Notes: generated from the sequence alone by a model not told the origin. A stretch of 64,000 bases of DNA from Rhodothermales bacterium (GCA_017643395.1 JAEPNP010000001.1:1739806-1803805); one strand, 5' to 3'; counted from the stretch's first letter, positions 1 through 8,523 are shown. Numbers and translations are program-made.

Positions 1-1
1 T

Positions 2-268
2 CTCCCCGCGCTTGAGTCCGCATGCCGAGCAGGCGAGGCTGATTGGTCAGACTACGCGCACATTCTCGATCGCACGGAGCTCGAGCTGGGACGTCTCCAG
101 GTGTATGGCACTCAGATGGAGATGAATGACAAGACCGGGCAGTTTGAACCCCGCCCCATGATCGATCCGGAACGCGTGGATGATCGACGCGCGGCGAAAG
201 GAATGGAGCCGCTCGAGGCACAACTGGTTCGTTTCAATGCCGCCATGAAACGGGATTTTGGAGGGTGA
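2..268 (+). CDS. 3' end of a hypothetical protein (gene truncated by window start)
   Basis: Frame 2 is open from the window edge to TGA at 266-268. The translation ...YAHILDRTELELGRLQVYGTQMEMNDKTGQFEPRPMIDPERVDDRRAAKGMEPLEAQLVRFNAAMKRDFGG has balanced, protein-like composition. It is absent from the ORF track because the 5' end lies outside the window. No family assigned. Confidence 0.4.
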   Translation, partial: LPALESACRAGEADWSDYAHILDRTELELGRLQVYGTQMEMNDKTGQFEPRPMIDPERVDDRRAAKGMEPLEAQLVRFNAAMKRDFGG

Positions 269-303
269 ACCCGGGTTCGCGCCAACCGGCCTTGGCGGAC
301 AGC

Positions 304-1104
304 TCAGTCCCGCAGCAGCAAATCCGCGACAAGTGGCCGGTGATCCGAAATCACCGGTTCGTCCAGCAGCCAGTGCCGCAGCCACTCAAAGGACGAATCA
401 GGACGCACCAGAATGAAGTCGATCTCACGCTCCGGGGCGAAGGACGAGAACGTAAACCGGTCCTCACCCTTGGAGAGCACCCTCCACCGCTCTCCAAGGT
501 AGACCATCACCGAATCCCCGGGCGTCGAGTTGAAATCCCCGGCCAGGACTTCCGCGACCCCATCGCCCGTGATCTGTTGTTCGAGTGATTGCGCCTGCGC
601 CAGGCGTTCGGCGAGGGTGCGATAGAAGTGGATTCCGGTGAAACGCAGATGCCGGCCCTGCGGCGTCTCGACCGTGACTGAGACCGCCGAGCGGGGTTCG
701 TCCCCGTCAGGCAGACGAACGTTTTCCGATTCGACCACGGGAAGCCGGGTCAGCACCGCCATGCCATAAGCACCTCCCTTGTAGGGCATGAAGCGGCCGA
801 AAACCGGCTCCATGCCAGTCATTTGTCCCAGTTCGCTTGCCTGGTCGACGCCGGCCGTACGAGTGACCACACTGTCCACTTCCTGAAGGGCCAGCAGGTC
901 CGGATTCACCTCAAGGATCAGCCGAGCGATGCGGTCGAGGTCAAGCACGCCATCCATGCCCTCGCCGTGGTGAATGTTGTAGGCCATGACGCGCAGGGTG
1001 TCTGGCGGCTGTGGGGCCGAAGGCGTCTCCGGAGCCCGGCAGGCCCCGATGATCAGACTCGCGCCTAAGGCGATGAGGGGGCCAAGTCGTCCTTGTCGTT
1101 TCAT
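304..1104 (-). CDS. endonuclease/exonuclease/phosphatase (EEP) family lipoprotein
   Basis: ORF 304..1311 trimmed to ATG at 1104, exposing the lipoprotein signal MKRQGRLGPLIALGASLIIGAC. EEP hallmarks are present: MAYNIHHG, LLALQEVD, AGDFNSTP, SDHRPLVADL. Confidence 0.85.
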   Translation of the reverse strand: MKRQGRLGPLIALGASLIIGACRAPETPSAPQPPDTLRVMAYNIHHGEGMDGVLDLDRIARLILEVNPDLLALQEVDSVVTRTAGVDQASELGQMTGMEPVFGRFMPYKGGAYGMAVLTRLPVVESENVRLPDGDEPRSAVSVTVETPQGRHLRFTGIHFYRTLAERLAQAQSLEQQITGDGVAEVLAGDFNSTPGDSVMVYLGERWRVLSKGEDRFTFSSFAPEREIDFILVRPDSSFEWLRHWLLDEPVISDHRPLVADLLLRD

Positions 1105-1129
1105 CCCTGAAAGTAGCAGCCGCTGCGTT

Positions 1130-1885
1130 TTATCCCGCCGCCCGCTGGGCACCGTAGACCCGCTCGGCGTCCCACACCACGACATCGACCCGCCGGGCGT
1201 AGTGCAGGATCGGCTCACCGCGGAGTGGCATGCCCCATTCCGCGAGCATCGAGTTCGCCGTGATCCAGGCCCGGGCCGGCTGGAGCGGCCACGGCCGGTG
1301 GTGCACCTCATTGCGAAGCAGGGCCCCGTCGGGATGCGTGGCGTACAGGCAATACCGCTCGGTCAACCAGTGATCCAGCCCGCCCGGTGTGGCCCGGTAC
1401 GGCTCGCCGCATGGTCCGTATGTCGCGGAGAAGCCGGCGCCGCTTCCATCCCGCTGCGCGACGTAGTGGATGCCCGACTCGTCGCTTCGGAAGTTGATGC
1501 TCGCCCTGTGGTAGGGCAGGTGAAACCACCGCCGGGCTGCCCAGACGGCCAGTGGATTCGTGGCATCCAGACTCAGAAACCACACGCCGGGTTTGCCCTC
1601 GGCCTCCACATAGAGGCGCACATTCAGCTCCGGAAACGCCGAGATCCACGGCAGATCCGGAAAAGGCCGACGCACGACCCCGGCCATGCGAAACGGCACG
1701 ACGCCGACCCAGGACGATCCGTCGAACTCCTGAACGTTCAGGCCGGCCGGCACCAGCGGGCGCAGCAGGGCCGCCGGTACTCTCCAGTGCGCAAACAGGA
1801 GGTCGCACCAGGACTGGCGCCATGTCCATCGCCCGTCAGGAAGCGGCCACGGGCGATGGGCAGTATGCTCGAGTGAGGGGTGCAT
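1130..1885 (-). CDS. DUF2071 (YqjF-like) family protein
   Basis: ORF 1130..2155 trimmed to ATG at 1885. WRQSWCDLLFAHWRV...VVPFRM...FPELNVRLYV...GVWFLSLDA resembles DUF2071 proteins as I remember them. Confidence 0.75.
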   Translation of the reverse strand: MHPSLEHTAHRPWPLPDGRWTWRQSWCDLLFAHWRVPAALLRPLVPAGLNVQEFDGSSWVGVVPFRMAGVVRRPFPDLPWISAFPELNVRLYVEAEGKPGVWFLSLDATNPLAVWAARRWFHLPYHRASINFRSDESGIHYVAQRDGSGAGFSATYGPCGEPYRATPGGLDHWLTERYCLYATHPDGALLRNEVHHRPWPLQPARAWITANSMLAEWGMPLRGEPILHYARRVDVVVWDAERVYGAQRAAG

Positions 1886-2245
1886 GGCAGTCCACGTGGT
1901 CGGCCCCGCGTTGGGAAGGCGTGCGATCCATTTGGGGAACCCGTGCTGAAGCGAATTTACCCCCAAAGTGGGATTCGGGGGCCCTGTTCCATGTATGGGT
2001 CGTTGGATCGGGGGGGCAAGTCGAAAATGGGGGTCGGATTCCATGTGGCCACTGTGCGCGGGGAAGGCCAGGTAGAATCCGGGTGCCTGATTCCACTCAT
2101 GCGGCCAATCGGGTATTGCCAGCCGGCGGCATGAGAGGCATCTTGGCCCCCGCACGTCACGGAGTTCGGCGCGTGATAAGGCAGGAATCGCACGCCCGCG
2201 GCTTCAGAGAGCACCTCGATACTGGGTCGGCGGCCGTCGGGCATG

Positions 2246-2253
2246 TATTTTTG
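2246..2253 (+). promoter_or_regulatory. candidate Bacteroidota-type -7 promoter box (TAnnTTTG) for the precursor gene
   Basis: TATTTTTG at 2246-2253 fits the TAnnTTTG consensus, about 50 nt upstream of ATG 2304. I found no clear -33 TTG partner, so this is weak. Confidence 0.25.
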
Positions 2254-2303
2254 CGACCTTGAATCGCCCCGGCAGCGGTTCGTCAACGCAGCCTACTAGG
2301 AAG

Positions 2304-2510
2304 ATGACTCGGATCTCCCCTTCAGTATTGGACGTGAGCCGCCAGCCTGCTGGGTCTGCGCGACGCAAGGCATACAAGACGCCGGTGCTCACCGATCACG
2401 GCAATCTGGACCAACTCACAAAGGCCGAGTACGGAGGACTGGACCAACTGCTCTTCGGAAGCCTGTTTGCGATGGCCTCGCCCGGTCTGCCGTCGGCACC
2501 GAGTCGCTAG
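2304..2510 (+). CDS. lasso-peptide-type RiPP precursor (68 aa: 40-aa leader + 28-aa core)
   Basis: MTRISPSVLDVSRQPAGSARRKAYKTPVLTDHGNLDQLTK|AEYGGLDQLLFGSLFAMASPGLPSAPSR. Residues Y24..K40 match the lasso leader motif YxxPxLx3Gx5Tx exactly, with Thr at -2. The core starts at Ala1 and has Asp at position 7. The gene abuts the B2/B1 genes. Start chosen at ATG 2304 inside track ORF 2259..2510. Confidence 0.75.
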   Translation: MTRISPSVLDVSRQPAGSARRKAYKTPVLTDHGNLDQLTKAEYGGLDQLLFGSLFAMASPGLPSAPSR

Positions 2511-2879
2511 TCAGTCCGCGACCTCAAACGGCCGGTAGGTCTCCAGATCAGGCAGATCCCCCAACACAACCCGCCCGCCGAGTTCGACCCAGGCGTGTGA
2601 CTCAAGCCTGCCATTGGTGAGGCGACTTCCAAGGCGGAACCCTGAGGGAATGCCTCGCCGCTTGAGCAGGTGATGTAGCGCAGTGGCTCGGGGCAGGCAG
2701 GCTTGCTGGAGTCCAAGTACCTGGGCAACGTGGTGCACACGGGCGGCAAGGGCCAGGGCGCGCCGAATGTCAGCCTCGCTCGCCTCCGGGGCCTCCCGCG
2801 GCGGAGGCACGGCGCGCCACCCAAGTCGGGCCAGAGACAGTTCGGCCAGGACTTCCACGCGCGCCAGCGTCTGCCTCAC
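2511..2879 (-). CDS. lasso peptide biosynthesis B2 protein (transglutaminase-like leader peptidase)
   Basis: 122 aa. QQACLPRATALHHLLKRRGIPSGFRLGSRL...ESHAWVELGGRVV is the typical Cys...His core of PF13471-type B2 proteins. GTG start at 2879 overlaps the PqqD stop by 4 bp. Confidence 0.85.
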   Translation of the reverse strand: MRQTLARVEVLAELSLARLGWRAVPPPREAPEASEADIRRALALAARVHHVAQVLGLQQACLPRATALHHLLKRRGIPSGFRLGSRLTNGRLESHAWVELGGRVVLGDLPDLETYRPFEVAD

Positions 2880-3145
2880 GCGGCGGCCTGCTCCACGAGA
2901 CCGGCCTCCATCAGCTGGCCCAGCAGCGCGTCCAGGTCCGCGCCGGCTCTGGGGGCTTCGACCTCGTACGACTGGACGATGGCAGCTACCAATTCAGGCC
3001 GTGTGCGCGGGCCCGCGGACAAGAGATCCCAGACCAGGCGCCCGGGACCGGTCAACGAGTAGTACTTGCGGTCAGAGCCGAGGATGACCACCGACTCATC
3101 ATCAGGCCGGCTGGCCACCGGGTGTCCGGCGATCTGTACCGTCAT
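2876..3145 (-). CDS. PqqD-family RiPP recognition element (lasso B1)
   Basis: ORF 2876..3262 trimmed to ATG 3145, which forms an ATGA overlap with the upstream gene's stop. YYSLTGPGRLVWDLLSAGPRTRPELVAAIVQSYEVEAPRAGADLDALLGQLMEAGLV is a PqqD/RRE-like winged-helix sequence. Confidence 0.85.
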   Translation of the reverse strand: MTVQIAGHPVASRPDDESVVILGSDRKYYSLTGPGRLVWDLLSAGPRTRPELVAAIVQSYEVEAPRAGADLDALLGQLMEAGLVEQAAA

Positions 3146-4269
3146 GGGCGGGCGCCTCTCTGTTTCGAAAGCTCCTGAAAGGTACGCCACATCAGGCGCA
3201 CAGGCCGAATCACGCTGAAGACGATCGGCGTGTCCGGATGTAACCAGGGCACCGCGGTCCAATCGCGCGCATTGGGCGTGAAGCCCAGTTGGGCCACTCG
3301 TCGCAGCCGGAGCGTCGGCGGCAGCATGCGGAGACGGTGGGCAGTGAGTGCAAGACCTGTGTGAGGCACCTCAAGAGCCTGCCAGGATCGGGCCACCAGG
3401 CCGCGAAGTTGCCGGTAGCGGTGGTCCAGGGGTCTTCGTACTGCGTCCGGAAGTTCTACTCCCAGATCGGCCAGCATGGCCATGCCACACAGGAAAGACG
3501 CCGCCATTCCGGTACGCGATGCCATTTCGAGCCCGGATTCGAGTGCCCGGGTATCGCGGCTCATGAGGGCCAGGTCCGCCAGCCACTTCAGGGCCAGGAA
3601 CGCATGACCGGTTCCGTGCGTGGCTGCGTGCCACAGCGCGTGGGTTGGATTCAGGGCCGGGATCTTGCGGCCTGAAACCTCAAAACAGGTCCGGTCCGCA
3701 AGGAACTGCTCAGCTGGGGCGTCGAGGCCGGGGAAATCGGCCAGGCGACGGTGTATCTCCAGCCGCACCGCACCGCGGATGTGCGACAGGTGCTTCGGTT
3801 GCAGGCGTGGCTGGTGCTCCGTGTCATAGGCCGGATCCAGGTGGAATCCGGCGGCCTCGGCGGCCCGGCAGGCCTCGTCCATGCTCTGGGGCGGCACAAG
3901 CACATCGAGGTCCATGAAGGGTCGCAGCCGAATATCCCCGTGGTATCTGATGGCGGTGCTCGGTCCCTTGAACTGAAGAAATGGGATGTCGGCGGCGTCC
4001 AGGGCCTGCGCCAGATCCAGCAGCGCTCCGCATGTTTCCATGGACCGGACGGCAGCCAGACTCGCCACTGCACCCACCGCAGTCCGGTCAGGATGATCTT
4101 CGGGAAGCCAGCGCTCGACCCAGCCGGCGAGGCCGTGGTGGGCCGCCAGGGCCACAAGCCGCTTGCCGTTCGCGGGCGGATTGGGTGGGTCCGGCAGGGG
4201 ACCCGTGTCGCCGCGCGACAGGGCTGCCACACCGCGAGCCAGGAATTGCAACACCGGATCGCCGGTCAT
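3142..4269 (-). CDS. nucleotidyltransferase family protein (PF14907/NTP_transf_5-like)
   Basis: 375 aa. ...LRPFMDLDVLVPPQSMDEACRAAEAAGFHLD... and ...HLSHIRGAVRLEIHRRL resemble the uncharacterised nucleotidyltransferases that co-occur with HPr-kinase-like genes in lasso clusters. ATGA overlaps at both ends (4266-4269 and 3142-3145). Confidence 0.8.
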   Translation of the reverse strand: MTGDPVLQFLARGVAALSRGDTGPLPDPPNPPANGKRLVALAAHHGLAGWVERWLPEDHPDRTAVGAVASLAAVRSMETCGALLDLAQALDAADIPFLQFKGPSTAIRYHGDIRLRPFMDLDVLVPPQSMDEACRAAEAAGFHLDPAYDTEHQPRLQPKHLSHIRGAVRLEIHRRLADFPGLDAPAEQFLADRTCFEVSGRKIPALNPTHALWHAATHGTGHAFLALKWLADLALMSRDTRALESGLEMASRTGMAASFLCGMAMLADLGVELPDAVRRPLDHRYRQLRGLVARSWQALEVPHTGLALTAHRLRMLPPTLRLRRVAQLGFTPNARDWTAVPWLHPDTPIVFSVIRPVRLMWRTFQELSKQRGARP

Positions 4270-5096
4270 TGGATCATGCGGTCGAGGATCTCGACGACCT
4301 GCGGGAGGTCGGTCAAGGTGGAACCTCGGCGTAGGCGGCCTATCGGGATCGCGCCCGCCAGGCCTCCCACCCGCTGCAGATGGGCGTCAGCAAGCCCTGA
4401 TACGTCCAGCGAGCGAGGCATATGGGCATGGCGAATCAGTTCCAGTAGGGCCTCGGGCCCCGCCAGCGGCTCCAAAACCACCGGGCCGCCGGCCTCCAGT
4501 ACTGCGATTCCTTTCAGTGTTGCGCCAGACGCGCTGGGTGTAACCCTCTCAAGTTGTTTGAGCGGCCCGCCCGCTCGCACCTTCAACCGGCCGGGCCCAG
4601 GCTGCACACTCCAGCCACCCGTGCCCTCCTCCAGGACACACAGGTCATCAGAGAGAAAGGCCCAGCCCGTGGCGAGTAGAGCTCCCGTCAAGGTTGTCTT
4701 GCCCATCCCTGTGGCTCCTAGCAGGCAGATGGCCAGGCCATGGCGGGAGACGACGTTGCCGTGAAGCACGATTCTCCCGGCCCTGCGCAGGAATAGTCCC
4801 ATGAGTTGTCCGGACAGGCGCTCGCCCGCCGCCGCCGGATCGCCGTCGAGCATCACCACGACTTCGTCCGTCGCCATCCGGTACGTCGCTTCACCCGGCC
4901 ACTGGAAGTACCAGAACTCGTCATCAAGCCGAAAGCTCAGCGGGCCGTCACGCTTCATCCTCGGCACATGGAACCGGCCCGCGCGAACCGTCACCTGCCC
5001 CGTCGTGCCGGTCGGGGCCAGAGAAAACGGAAGGGCCAGGTCGCTCTGGACAACGAGGCCGTATGCTGTGTAAGTGGTCAACCGCGGAAGGGGCAC
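4266..5096 (-). CDS. HPr kinase/phosphorylase-like RiPP kinase
   Basis: The C-terminal about 275 aa of ORF 4266..5750 carry YTAYGLVVQSDLALPF...VLHGNVVSRHGLAICLLGATGMGKTTLTGALLATGWAFLSDDLCVL, a P-loop of HprK-like kinases. The start is uncertain: GTG 5096 or TTG 5081. The first ATG (4958) would delete conserved N-terminal strands. The 5097-5750 extension is Arg/Pro/Gly-rich junk overlapped by the PLD gene. Confidence 0.8.
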   Translation of the reverse strand: MPLPRLTTYTAYGLVVQSDLALPFSLAPTGTTGQVTVRAGRFHVPRMKRDGPLSFRLDDEFWYFQWPGEATYRMATDEVVVMLDGDPAAAGERLSGQLMGLFLRRAGRIVLHGNVVSRHGLAICLLGATGMGKTTLTGALLATGWAFLSDDLCVLEEGTGGWSVQPGPGRLKVRAGGPLKQLERVTPSASGATLKGIAVLEAGGPVVLEPLAGPEALLELIRHAHMPRSLDVSGLADAHLQRVGGLAGAIPIGRLRRGSTLTDLPQVVEILDRMIQ

Positions 5097-5197
5097 AACG
5101 GAGGAGTCGTCAAGATAGTCCCGCTCCCGAAGGCGTTCCTTTAACCCGGGCTGAAGCGCTGGCGCGCGTGGCCGGTCAGATCTCGGTGTCCCGGCGG

Positions 5198-6001
5198 TCA
5201 GAACGGACGTGCTCGTCGCCAATACGCGGAGAACACGGTTCGAAGCTCGTAGACGAGAGCCGGGTCGCTGAAGAACGTGGCGACTTCGGACGCTCTGTCG
5301 GCGGATGACGTGGTAAGGTTGGCGCTGCCGTTCATGGCGGTAGTGTCCGTCACCAGAAACTTGGCGTGCAGGTCGGCAAGCGTGCGAAAGGCGACCCCGG
5401 CGTCTTGCAGCGAACGCACGATATGCCCCGTCAGGTTGTCGCTGCGGAACAGAAGTCGGACCCGTACGCCTCGCCGCGACGCGGCCAGAAGGTCGTCGAA
5501 GACCGGCGGTGGAGCCGGGGAAAGGAACGCCACCGCTGCCAATGCCTCGTAGCGCGCGTCCTGCAGCATCCTTCCCATCTGAAGGTGTATGTCGCGGTCC
5601 ACGAAGTGCCGCGCCGCCGATCCACCCGGTGTAGTCGAACGAAAAGCCTGGATCCGCGCATACACGTTTGAGAGGCCGCATCCGAGTGTGGTGGCCACGC
5701 GCGTCTTGTCCTCGGCGCGCCAGGCGAGCCAGAGCCGGTCCGGTGTCCACTTGATGCGTTTTGTCGCCTCCCGACGACCTCGGCCAAGGGGACCTCGCGG
5801 CCGGTCCGGCGATGTGGAATCGCGGGGCGTGTTTCCATCCAGTGCTCGACGCAGCTCAGGCGCCAGTCGATTGAGGGGGTCGGATTCCACAGTATGCCTC
5901 TGATTTGGGCCGGTCAAAGCGGAAGCGAGGGGCGGCATTCCACAACCGGCAGTTTCGAACGGGTTGTCAGGGTATAGAGGCATCGCCCGGACAGTTCGCA
6001 A
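5198..6001 (-). CDS. phospholipase D-like (single HKD motif) domain protein with an N-terminal extension
   Basis: HKD signature LHAKFLVTDTTAMNGSANLT near the C-terminus. One HKD copy only, which is Nuc-like and suggests a dimer. The N-terminal about 130 aa are unassigned and may include a helix-turn-helix (TTLGCGLSNVYARIQAF). Start not resolved (6001, or internal Met). Confidence 0.7.
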   Translation of the reverse strand: MRTVRAMPLYPDNPFETAGCGMPPLASALTGPNQRHTVESDPLNRLAPELRRALDGNTPRDSTSPDRPRGPLGRGRREATKRIKWTPDRLWLAWRAEDKTRVATTLGCGLSNVYARIQAFRSTTPGGSAARHFVDRDIHLQMGRMLQDARYEALAAVAFLSPAPPPVFDDLLAASRRGVRVRLLFRSDNLTGHIVRSLQDAGVAFRTLADLHAKFLVTDTTAMNGSANLTTSSADRASEVATFFSDPALVYELRTVFSAYWRRARPF

Positions 6002-6123
6002 CGCGGCGTCGCCGATTGGACCCGTTTCGCTGAGGCGCTTGCCGGCGGACTCGGGGTCAATAACGCAAGCCCGCGCCGCCTCGGTGCGTCAGGCGCCGCA
6101 CCGCGCCGCCAGAGAGCCTCGCC

Positions 6124-7680
6124 CTACCGGGGCGTTCGCATGACCACTCCAGTTGTCACGGCGGCTCCAATGGCGAGCCGGTACAGATAGGTGCCCGGCG
6201 GCAACTCCGATCCCTCGATTCGCGTCGCGTGTTCACCGGGAGGCAATCGCCCCAATTCGGACCGCTGCACCACCCTTCCGATGGCATCGAAGACGATCAG
6301 CCGCACGTCGGCCTCGACTTCAACGGTGAAGTCGATACTGGAGGTCGAGCTGAAGGGATTTGGGTAGGCTGCCGACGCAGACAATTCGAAGGTCGGCGGG
6401 ACCACAACCCGCTCGCGGGCTCGAACGTCGGGGCTGAGCAGGTAGGCCGCGTTGGCCCGAATGCGGTCCGTCTGGTCAAAGAGGGTAGCCAGCGCAGCAC
6501 GCGGGTGTTCGCCGGTAGCCACCGAGACCGCGAATACCAGATCCGCAGACGCGCCGGGCGCTAGGTCGAACGGAGTGGTCGAGGCTATCGAGTTATGGAA
6601 ATACCCCGACAGCGAGGCGCCGGCACCGGGGTTTGCCATGGTCCACCCGGAACCTGTGAGCGGATCCCCATCGAACATGTAGCGGGTCGGTGGCCCCGAC
6701 GTGCCCACTCCGTCCCCCTTGCCCCTGATGGCACTGCCGTTCCGCTGTCGCCCATCCATGACCTGATCGGTGCCAAAGTATCCCCAGTCCAACTCGCGGT
6801 GGACCTCTACGACGAAGCTGTGGAGCGACGATGCGTCAGGTGTCGCCGGGGGCTTGAGTCCGGCATCGGAGGGCCAGAGCGTGGCGGGTAGAAGAGCCAT
6901 GCCTACGGCACGACCCTCCACTTCGGGTGCCGACGAATAGAAATAGGCAAGATCGGAGTCTGGTCGCGAGCCCGACCATACGCGTCGATTCTGTACTTCC
7001 ACCTCCGGAGCAAGACCCAGGCGCACGTTCTCCAGAGGAGAGCCGGAGGTGTTCACGAACCGGTATCGGTATAGTGTGGAATTGCCAACCGCCCCGACCC
7101 CGCGAAACGCGTAAGCGGTTACCTGAATGTCGAGTCCGGGCTGCTGCATGTTGTCGTTGTAGGGCCGATCGTGCATGACCCACCAGACGGTTTCATCGCC
7201 AAAGAGCGTGGGCCGGTCTCCTCCCTCCAGATTGTAGTTGCCGGCCAGGCCGTCTCCATCGCTGACGGGTGCGCCGAGCGCGACCGGCCAGTCGCGGATA
7301 TCCTCGGTGGCAACCCCGGTTCGGTCGAACGCCTCCAGGTCGCTTCTGTCGATTCGCCACACCCTGTTCGCCGGGCCACACTCGCCATCCGGCATGTGTC
7401 GGGGGCCCGGCCGATAGTGCTGGGCGGCGCGCCTGAGCGTGTCACCTCTCACGGCCACGAGTTCTGTCATCAAGCATGAAAGAATGGTCTCCGGCTCGAT
7501 ACTGGACAGTTCCAGACCGCCATTGAGAAACAGAGGGCGCGTAGTGCTGACAGGTGCCCTAAGGCTGTTGACGGAAAGCCTGGCCGAACCCGTAAACGGG
7601 GCGGTGCACTCGTCACTGGTCTGGGCGCGGCTGGGGAGGGCAAGGAGGACCAGGGCAAGGCAGCAAGTGAGGAAGCGCAT
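6124..7680 (-). CDS. secreted protein with T9SS C-terminal sorting domain, function unknown
   Basis: ORF trimmed to ATG 7680, giving the signal peptide MRFLTCCLALVLLALPSRAQ. The C-terminus AYPNPFSSTSSIDFTV...GTYLYRLAIG... is a Por/T9SS CTD. Confidence 0.75.
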   Translation of the reverse strand: MRFLTCCLALVLLALPSRAQTSDECTAPFTGSARLSVNSLRAPVSTTRPLFLNGGLELSSIEPETILSCLMTELVAVRGDTLRRAAQHYRPGPRHMPDGECGPANRVWRIDRSDLEAFDRTGVATEDIRDWPVALGAPVSDGDGLAGNYNLEGGDRPTLFGDETVWWVMHDRPYNDNMQQPGLDIQVTAYAFRGVGAVGNSTLYRYRFVNTSGSPLENVRLGLAPEVEVQNRRVWSGSRPDSDLAYFYSSAPEVEGRAVGMALLPATLWPSDAGLKPPATPDASSLHSFVVEVHRELDWGYFGTDQVMDGRQRNGSAIRGKGDGVGTSGPPTRYMFDGDPLTGSGWTMANPGAGASLSGYFHNSIASTTPFDLAPGASADLVFAVSVATGEHPRAALATLFDQTDRIRANAAYLLSPDVRARERVVVPPTFELSASAAYPNPFSSTSSIDFTVEVEADVRLIVFDAIGRVVQRSELGRLPPGEHATRIEGSELPPGTYLYRLAIGAAVTTGVVMRTPR

Positions 7681-7950
7681 AGTCGTAAGGGAAGGGTGGG
7701 AAAACGGTAGTTGCTCCACCCTGCGCATCTCCCGGTCGATGGGCGAGACAGCGCCTCCACACTCCCCGCCGGTCTCTGGCAGGGTGCCGACGGGGATGAC
7801 AGGGCACTCACGGGTGCCCCGGACGCGGCGCTCGCGGGTCCAATCGTCCGTGGCGATGGGCGGTTGCGCTGGCACGCGCCGGGGTAGGATCAACGGCGAA
7901 ACAGAACCGCCGTCGCAAGCCTACACCTGGTCTCATATGTCCATGACCCG

Positions 7951-8523
7951 ATGCGCCTTGCCCTGATCACTTTTTTTGCCGCCGGCTTCTTCTCCCTGAC
8001 CACCGGGGCTCAGAGCCCATCGCCCGAAATGCCTGCGACAAACCTGTTTGACTTCGAATCAGAGAGCGAGGCTCGGTGGCAGGTGGTGAACGATGGGGTC
8101 ATGGGCGGTCGGTCCCGCGGCTACGTAGCCGTGGAAGACGGTGCGCTTCGATTCACTGGCGTTTTGGTGACGCGCGGCGGTGGCTTCACGTCCATTCGCA
8201 CGCGTGCAAGCGCCGATTTGGGCGGATTTGATGGGATTGAACTGCTTGTGCGAGGCTCCGGGCGGACCTTCGAGCTGGAGGTGTCGGACGGTACGAGGTG
8301 GCGGGGAAGGGCTGTGTCTCGAAGGGCATCGTTCCCAACCTCGAGCGAATGGCAATGGGTAAGAGTGCCCTTCTCGTCGTTGCAGGCCAGCGTGTTTGGC
8401 AGACCCGTTAACCCGAGTCCGATCGATCCTGCGGGAATTCGAGGGTTCGGGCTGTACATCGCCGACGGGATTGACGGTGCCTTTGGCCTGGAAGTAGACT
8501 CAATTCGAGCGTATCGCGACTGA
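7951..8523 (+). CDS. CIA30 (complex I intermediate-associated protein 30-like) family protein, secreted
   Basis: Signal peptide MRLALITFFAAGFFSLTTGAQ. WQVVNDGVMGGRSRGYV...FTGVLVTRGGGFTSIRTR is the CIA30/PF08547 hallmark. Confidence 0.85.
   Translation: MRLALITFFAAGFFSLTTGAQSPSPEMPATNLFDFESESEARWQVVNDGVMGGRSRGYVAVEDGALRFTGVLVTRGGGFTSIRTRASADLGGFDGIELLVRGSGRTFELEVSDGTRWRGRAVSRRASFPTSSEWQWVRVPFSSLQASVFGRPVNPSPIDPAGIRGFGLYIADGIDGAFGLEVDSIRAYRD

Noticed and set aside
1880-2134. The small + strand ORF (84 aa) upstream of the precursor, considered as a second RiPP precursor.
   Set aside because: It has no YxxPxL...T leader motif and no Asp/Glu-containing core after a Thr-x site. It lies in the divergent promoter region of the DUF2071 gene.
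5097-5750. The 5' extension of the HprK-like ORF (494-aa track ORF), considered as a fused extra domain or hidden lasso cyclase.
   Set aside because: The translation is low-complexity (R/G/P/A-rich) and lacks Asn-synthetase features. The region is occupied in another frame by the PLD-like gene, which has a genuine HKD motif.
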